Shown here piece after piece: positions 53,122 to 58,669 of a stretch of 58,669 bases of DNA. The notes below the pieces were generated by a model, which saw only the letters and a list, made by a program, of their open reading frames with translations, was not told the DNA's origin and made no database searches. Location of the stretch: the NCBI GenBank assembly GCA_964349465.1, contig CAYGGC010000007.1:1-58669 (forward strand), written 5' to 3'. Each line of letters opens with the position of its first letter. Within the stretch, counting starts at the first letter, position 1. A program made the translations under genes and the position numbers. The DNA comes from an uncultured Gammaproteobacteria bacterium. Its GTDB lineage: Bacteria > Patescibacteriota > Patescibacteriia > SBBC01 > CAIJZX01.

Positions 53122-53459
53122 TTATGAGTTGGCTATTGTTTCACCTAGTGAGCCAAGGCGGTAGCGATCAAGATCACTATAGGCTTGAGACGAATGACCG
53201 CCCCGTCCATCCATGGTCGCAAAGGCTTGAGTTGCGTCCGTGCCGCAAACTCGCAAGATCTCTTGCGTGCCGCCGGGATGCTGGCCTATGTAGTCGGTTA
53301 CATCATAGAACTTCCCACTGATCAGCAACCAACAATCGTTGCCGCTTGCGTGTTTGGCAAGTTCAGTGGCTGTGAGTGTGACCGGACCTGTACTCGGCGA
53401 CTAAGACGAGCACGCCGCGCCGAAGATCAGTAGTCCGAGGAGAGCCGGGATAATAAACT

Positions 53460-53463
<4 letters not shown>
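53122..53463 (-). pseudogene. cytochrome b5-like heme/steroid-binding lipoprotein interrupted by an in-frame TAG
   Basis: ATG 53463 is followed by a 20-aa lipoprotein-type signal (LIFGAAC) and then TAG at 53401-53403. The same frame continues into TATELAKHASGNDCWLLISGKFYDVTDYIGQHPGG. Confidence 0.6.
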
Positions 53464-54179
<716 letters not shown>

Positions 54180-55589
54180 TCAACCAGGCCGGGAACGCTG
54201 AGCCGATGATCGCGACGAACACGGCCGCCTCGAGACCATAGAGAAGAATGTGCCAATCGATGATGGCTTGCAGGTCTTGAACCGCACCCTGCACTGCGCG
54301 AAAGCCTCCAACCGCAAAGCGAACAGCGCCGCCACCTGGTCCGTCAATCCGAGTTGGTCCATTAGCCGCGCCCTGGCTGGATGTTAATAAGGCTTTCAAG
54401 ATTGGATTACTCAGGACGAAACCGAGAACGGTACCGACCACGCTGCCGAGTAGCGATAGCATAACTGATTCGGTCATAAACTGCGCCACGATCGTACGGT
54501 CACCAGCACCGATGGATTTTAAGACCGCAATTTCCTTACGGCGTTCGCGGACGATCATCATCATAGTGAGCAGTGTGATGACCGTTGCTGCAATAAGTGC
54601 GCCGAAGAGACTGGTAGCAGCGATAGTCCGAATATTTTCTAACGACGTGATGGCCTCGGCGACAGTATTTTCTGATGATGTGACATCAGCGGCATCACCT
54701 AACTGCTTGGTTATGGACGAGGTCACGGTTGAAAGATTTTCGACTGAGTCAACGTGAGCGACAATTGAGGTGACCTGATCAACCTGATCAGAAATTTTTT
54801 GCAACGTTGCTAGCGGGAAAACAACCGAATTATTAGCGAACTGGTTCCCAGCATCGTAAATTCCGGTGACAGTTAGGGTCGTCGCATAGGCGGTAAATGT
54901 TGATCCGACAACCAGGGAATTTTTTTCAGCAAGAGTGGTTCCTACCATAGCCACGCTTTCTGTTGCCCCAGCCGTAAAAGCTTGCCCGCTCGAGAGGGTG
55001 AGTGATGAGCCAATCATGCTCCCCGGGTTGGCCGGATCGTTTGTCCCAACAGCAAAGATTGGAGGAGAAAAATTCTCTGGTAGGTCGGTGGTCGTTTGAG
55101 TTGAGGAACCGCTACTACCAGTCGGCGCTCGGAAGGCGCGGAAACCACGTCCGCCGAGGGTGCCGGCCTCAGTTGCACTTTGTAGCGAAGTGGTATCGGT
55201 GTTGAGCTGGGCATCAATAGTGGCCACGACGCTCGTCACGTGGTTGAGTTGCTGAATATTCGTAACGTTGGCGGTGGTTAATGGTTCACCGCCACCAAGA
55301 AACCCTCGGGCTCCAGCCGGTGCCACGGTCACCGTGTTCCCGATGGAGGATTTTACTTCGGCAATTCGGTTATCAACCGCGCTTCGCGCCGCGAGCATTA
55401 CGACCACCATCCCTAAACTAATTCCAAGAATGGCCGTGACCGAGATTGTGCGAAGTGGGTTTCGAAAGGTGTTTCTTGTTCCTCGAGAAAAAGCGCTCAT
55501 AACAGTATAAAAAATGAATAAACGAGTTCGTCGCAGTCAGGCCGATCCGCCGGAGGTGAGTGGCGTGGCCTGACCGCAACAAAAACGTG

Positions 55590-56063
55590 TTAGTGGCGTC
55601 CGTGTGGCCCACCGAAGCCGAGACCACCCATCAAGGTGCTACTCTGCGCTTCTTTGTAGGCCGCGTCAGCCTCGGTCTGGGTCATATACCCAACCTTGAC
55701 CATGCTGTCGAGCTGGGTTTTCATCTCAGCTAGACGGCTTGCCTTTTCTTCGGCGTACGTGACCCCATGCTCAGCGGCGATCTGGTACATCGGCGTTCCG
55801 GACTCAAGAGCGGTTTGTACTTCGGTCGCGGTCATGCCGAATTTTGTGGCTAGTTCCGCTAGGTCTTTGCCATGATGCCGCCCAATACCAGTCACTGGCG
55901 TTGTCGTTGTTGCCGCGGTGCTCGTCGAGGTAGTTGCGGTTACAGCGGTGTCAACGGCCGTACTCGCCGTATCAGCCGTTTGCGCTCGGCTGATACCAAT
56001 ACCAGCTAAACCGATGGAGCTTGCGAGGACAGTAGCCACCACGAACGTATTTGTATGTTTCAT
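55590..56063 (-). CDS. secreted T/A-rich hypothetical protein
   Basis: Signal peptide MKHTNTFVVATVLASSIGLAGIGISRA. Start 56063 is preferred. Confidence 0.5.
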   Translation of the reverse strand: MKHTNTFVVATVLASSIGLAGIGISRAQTADTASTAVDTAVTATTSTSTAATTTTPVTGIGRHHGKDLAELATKFGMTATEVQTALESGTPMYQIAAEHGVTYAEEKASRLAEMKTQLDSMVKVGYMTQTEADAAYKEAQSSTLMGGLGFGGPHGRH

Positions 56064-56186
56064 GCGGATATCGCTTAAGAATGAAGTGATTGCTCTGCCT
56101 GCAGACAGGCTCTCACTCTGTACTACGATGACCGCGGATTTTTGTTTCAAAAAACCCCCGCGATCGCGGGGGCGGAAGTGACGTAG

Positions 56187-56936
56187 TTAGTACAGGTCGG
56201 GTGGCGGAGGAAGGTTTTCGTGGTAAACGCGGAAAGGTTGACGATCGGGAAGTTCATCGGCGTCGTGGATCGCGACGGCGGAAATTTTTCCATCATCCTG
56301 CTTACCCAAGACAACAATCTCATCGCCAACTTTTGGATCCCAGTCGGCCGGTAAGCGCGTCGCTTCGCTAATAGTCACTTTAACTTTTTTTTGCCCGACA
56401 GTAACCGTGAGGTCTTGCTCCCCAATCTTGGTGATGGTGGCGGCCGTCACAACGCCTTGGGCGATGCCAGCTTGTCCGCGATAGAGTCTACCAACGAAGG
56501 GAACTGGCATGCCGTCAATCTGGCGATTCGTAAGGCGATCGTGGACGCGAGTGGTGTCGGTGACGAAAGCGGCGGTCACAAAGGCGAAGAGAAACACGCC
56601 CAAGGTCATGGCTAATGGCCAACGATACAGTTTAGTGTGACGTCGGAGGAGATAGATGAAGGCGATGATGCCGAGTACAATAAACACTAGGTGCCACCAA
56701 GGGAAAATACGAGCGAAGACGCGATAGCCGTCCGGGCCAAGTGCTGGTAGAGCGGAAAATTTAGCACTGCGCCAGAGGAAGGTAACGAAACTGGCGATAT
56801 AAACGAGGCCAACAGCGACCAACACAATTGCCGCACCAACCGCGAGGTGATCGAGCCAAAAGCGCCACTTCGGCCGGATGGCAACCGTGGATTGAAGCTT
56901 GTCAAGGAAAGATTGTGGGGGATGCTGATCGGTCAT
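56187..56936 (-). CDS. membrane protein, putative anti-sigma factor by position
   Basis: 4-nt overlap with the upstream ECF sigma gene. Several TM segments and a C-terminal beta-rich domain. Confidence 0.5.
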   Translation of the reverse strand: MTDQHPPQSFLDKLQSTVAIRPKWRFWLDHLAVGAAIVLVAVGLVYIASFVTFLWRSAKFSALPALGPDGYRVFARIFPWWHLVFIVLGIIAFIYLLRRHTKLYRWPLAMTLGVFLFAFVTAAFVTDTTRVHDRLTNRQIDGMPVPFVGRLYRGQAGIAQGVVTAATITKIGEQDLTVTVGQKKVKVTISEATRLPADWDPKVGDEIVVLGKQDDGKISAVAIHDADELPDRQPFRVYHENLPPPPDLY

Positions 56937-57571
56937 GATAGTTCAGGGGCGATGGTTGATCGTAAAAGTATGAGTCCACGTTTGATGCGAATACTAACCG
57001 TACCAGTCGGAAGATGGAGAACATCGGCGATGTCGCGGTAGGATAACTCTTCTTGGTACCGTAGGACAAGTGGTTCGCGATACTTCGACGGTAGACGGTC
57101 GAGATGTGTTTCGAGGAGTTGCCGAATCGAAGCGAGCTCCACTTCGGTATCAGGCCGCTCTTTGGCGATCGGGTGGGGAAACAGGACTTCTGGATCAAAA
57201 AACGGGAGTGGCCGACGGCCAAGGGTTTTGGCGTGGTCGACGATAGTGTTATGCGCAATGCGGTAGATCCAAGGAGAAAAACGACGGTTGGGATCAAAAC
57301 CATTCAGATTTGTGTAGGCTTTCAGGAGCGCATCTTGGACAATATCTTCGGCCTCATTCGTATTCGGTAAAATCCGCCGAACATAGCGCAGGAGTTTTTG
57401 CCAATATCGTTCGGCTAAGACGGTATACGCCAATTGCAGTCCGTGCTGGGCGCGCCGAACCAGTTGCTCATCTGGCATGCTTTGGATCTCGGCTGGGGTC
57501 ACAGTCGCTTCGGCAATGGGCTCAAACGGTGGCATCCAGGCGGCGTAACGAATAAGCAGGGAGGTACTCAT
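56933..57571 (-). CDS. ECF-type RNA polymerase sigma-70 factor
   Basis: Region 2 (DIVQDALLKAY) and region 4 HTH (LSYRDIADVLHLPTGTVSIRIKRG). Confidence 0.85.
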   Translation of the reverse strand: MSTSLLIRYAAWMPPFEPIAEATVTPAEIQSMPDEQLVRRAQHGLQLAYTVLAERYWQKLLRYVRRILPNTNEAEDIVQDALLKAYTNLNGFDPNRRFSPWIYRIAHNTIVDHAKTLGRRPLPFFDPEVLFPHPIAKERPDTEVELASIRQLLETHLDRLPSKYREPLVLRYQEELSYRDIADVLHLPTGTVSIRIKRGLILLRSTIAPELS

Positions 57572-57704
57572 CCCTTATACTACGATATAGACCTCGAGTT
57601 TGTTTCGTGGAGTCTACTACATTACGTAGTAATTAACAAGGAGAAAAAGAGAGATGTCAAGTTAACTTGACATACGAAATGTCGCCCCGTATACTACATT
57701 GAGT

Positions 57705-57908
57705 ATGGCAAAAAAGCTTATGAATGGGGTCAGACATTGCCGCGAAATGAAAGGCGTAACCCAGGAAGAGGTCGCGAAGCAGGTTGGGGTAAGTCGGCAA
57801 ACGATTGTTGCGATCGAAAAGGGAAACTATATTCCGTCGGTCGCCTTAGGAATGGATCTAGCTAGATTGCTCGGGTGTAGCGTCGAGTCCTTATTTTTCT
57901 GGGAGTAA
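57705..57908 (+). CDS. XRE-family HTH transcriptional regulator (small, YozG-like)
   Basis: MKGVTQEEVAKQVGVSRQTIVAIEKGNYIPSVALGMDLARLLG. Confidence 0.85.
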   Translation: MAKKLMNGVRHCREMKGVTQEEVAKQVGVSRQTIVAIEKGNYIPSVALGMDLARLLGCSVESLFFWE

Positions 57909-57911
57909 TAT

Positions 57912-58256
57912 ATGCGTAAACTTCTTCTTATCGCAACCGGCGCTATTATTGTGGAAGTGCTGTCGATGCAAGTCAAGGTCATGCATTTACCAACGAGACT
58001 TGGCCGAGATTTTGGTATTATCGCCGCGCTGTTAGTCCTAGCCGCGGTTTGGGAAAAAGCCAAGCCTGATGAGCGCGATCGAACTATTACCTGGTCATCA
58101 AGCCACGTAGCTTTTCTCAGTGTGGCGACAGTCCTTGTCGGGATTCTCTTCTACGAAACCCTCAGTGGCGCCGTCCAGCCAACGACGTTATATGCGATCG
58201 TAGCCCTACTGGGTGGAAAAATTATTGGCCGGTACCTGGCCCAAAGAAAACAATAA
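57912..58256 (+). CDS. small membrane protein co-transcribed with the XRE regulator
   Basis: 114 aa with four hydrophobic helices. Starts 4 nt after the XRE stop. Confidence 0.55.
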   Translation: MRKLLLIATGAIIVEVLSMQVKVMHLPTRLGRDFGIIAALLVLAAVWEKAKPDERDRTITWSSSHVAFLSVATVLVGILFYETLSGAVQPTTLYAIVALLGGKIIGRYLAQRKQ

Positions 58257-58294
58257 ATGATCAACGCTGTTACCACTAACGAAAGGACATATTT

Positions 58295-58669
58295 ATGAAA
58301 CCAGTCCCGATGATTGCCGTGATGATTGCGGTGCTAGCCGCCATTGGCGGAATTGGCTATATGGCTACACGAGATACGAAAAAAGAGGTTCTGATAAATT
58401 CGACGAGTCCGACGAACCAGGATACGGTTGAAGCCGATGGGACAATTGTAAGTCCAGACGGGACTATGGTAAAACTCGATGGAACCATGGTCAAACCGGA
58501 TGGCACGATGATAAAACCAGATGGGACAATGATTGGCCCGGATGGTCAGTTGATTAATGATAATACAAATAGCACGACGACCAATACGAACACTTCGCCA
58601 ACCAACACCAATACCACGACGTCGTCAGCTGGTCCGGCGAAATATGTTTCTTACTCCTCAACCGCTTTG
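58295..58669 (+). CDS. membrane-anchored protein with DGTM heptad repeats, 3' end cut by window edge
   Basis: ATG 58295 after AAAGGA. Frame is open to the window end. One N-terminal TM, then six heptads (58436-58561) and an N/T-rich tract. Not in the supplied ORF track because no stop is reached. Confidence 0.6.
   Translation, partial: MKPVPMIAVMIAVLAAIGGIGYMATRDTKKEVLINSTSPTNQDTVEADGTIVSPDGTMVKLDGTMVKPDGTMIKPDGTMIGPDGQLINDNTNSTTTNTNTSPTNTNTTTSSAGPAKYVSYSSTAL

Overview
A gene-dense 58.7-kb bacterial window (about 50% GC, standard code; TGA, TAA and TAG all act as stops). Most of it is small-genome housekeeping: gdh, rnhB, nusA, an H+-pyrophosphatase, trigger factor, many DNA-repair genes (YraN, Pif1/RecD helicase, GIY-YIG, Nfo, family-4 UDG, ATL, Tag), ABC exporters, 3D-domain wall hydrolases, an ECF sigma/anti-sigma pair and four tRNAs. 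The gene content, which includes lipid acyltransferases, many short secreted or membrane proteins and a heliorhodopsin, fits a reduced Patescibacteria/CPR-like organism, but that is inference only. Several regions stand out.

1. A 3.5-kb integrase-less island sits in tRNA-Gly(GCC), bounded by a perfect 44-bp repeat of the tRNA 3' half. It carries an unrecognisable 328-aa protein and an SF2 helicase with four C-terminal tandem repeats. This is my best candidate for an undescribed, probably defence-type, system.
2. A sharply AT-rich 1.8-kb islet between two strong terminators encodes a translationally coupled HTH-ImmA/IrrE metallopeptidase and a DUF4411 PIN-like protein.
3. Two further tRNAs, Leu(TAA) and Gly(TCC), are each followed about 140 bp downstream by a copy of their own 3' end. 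The two inserts share a conserved core.
4. Three LPLAT/PlsC domains occur in a row, two of them fused, followed by an adenylate-forming ligase.
5. A W/R/H-rich operon contains tandem small paralogues.
6. A heliorhodopsin lies next to mscL.
7. A cytochrome-b5-like lipoprotein gene is interrupted by an in-frame TAG.
8. A 3D-domain gene has a pseudoknotted leader.
9. Several promoters are likely leaderless.

No CRISPR array, rRNA, transposase or integrase was seen.
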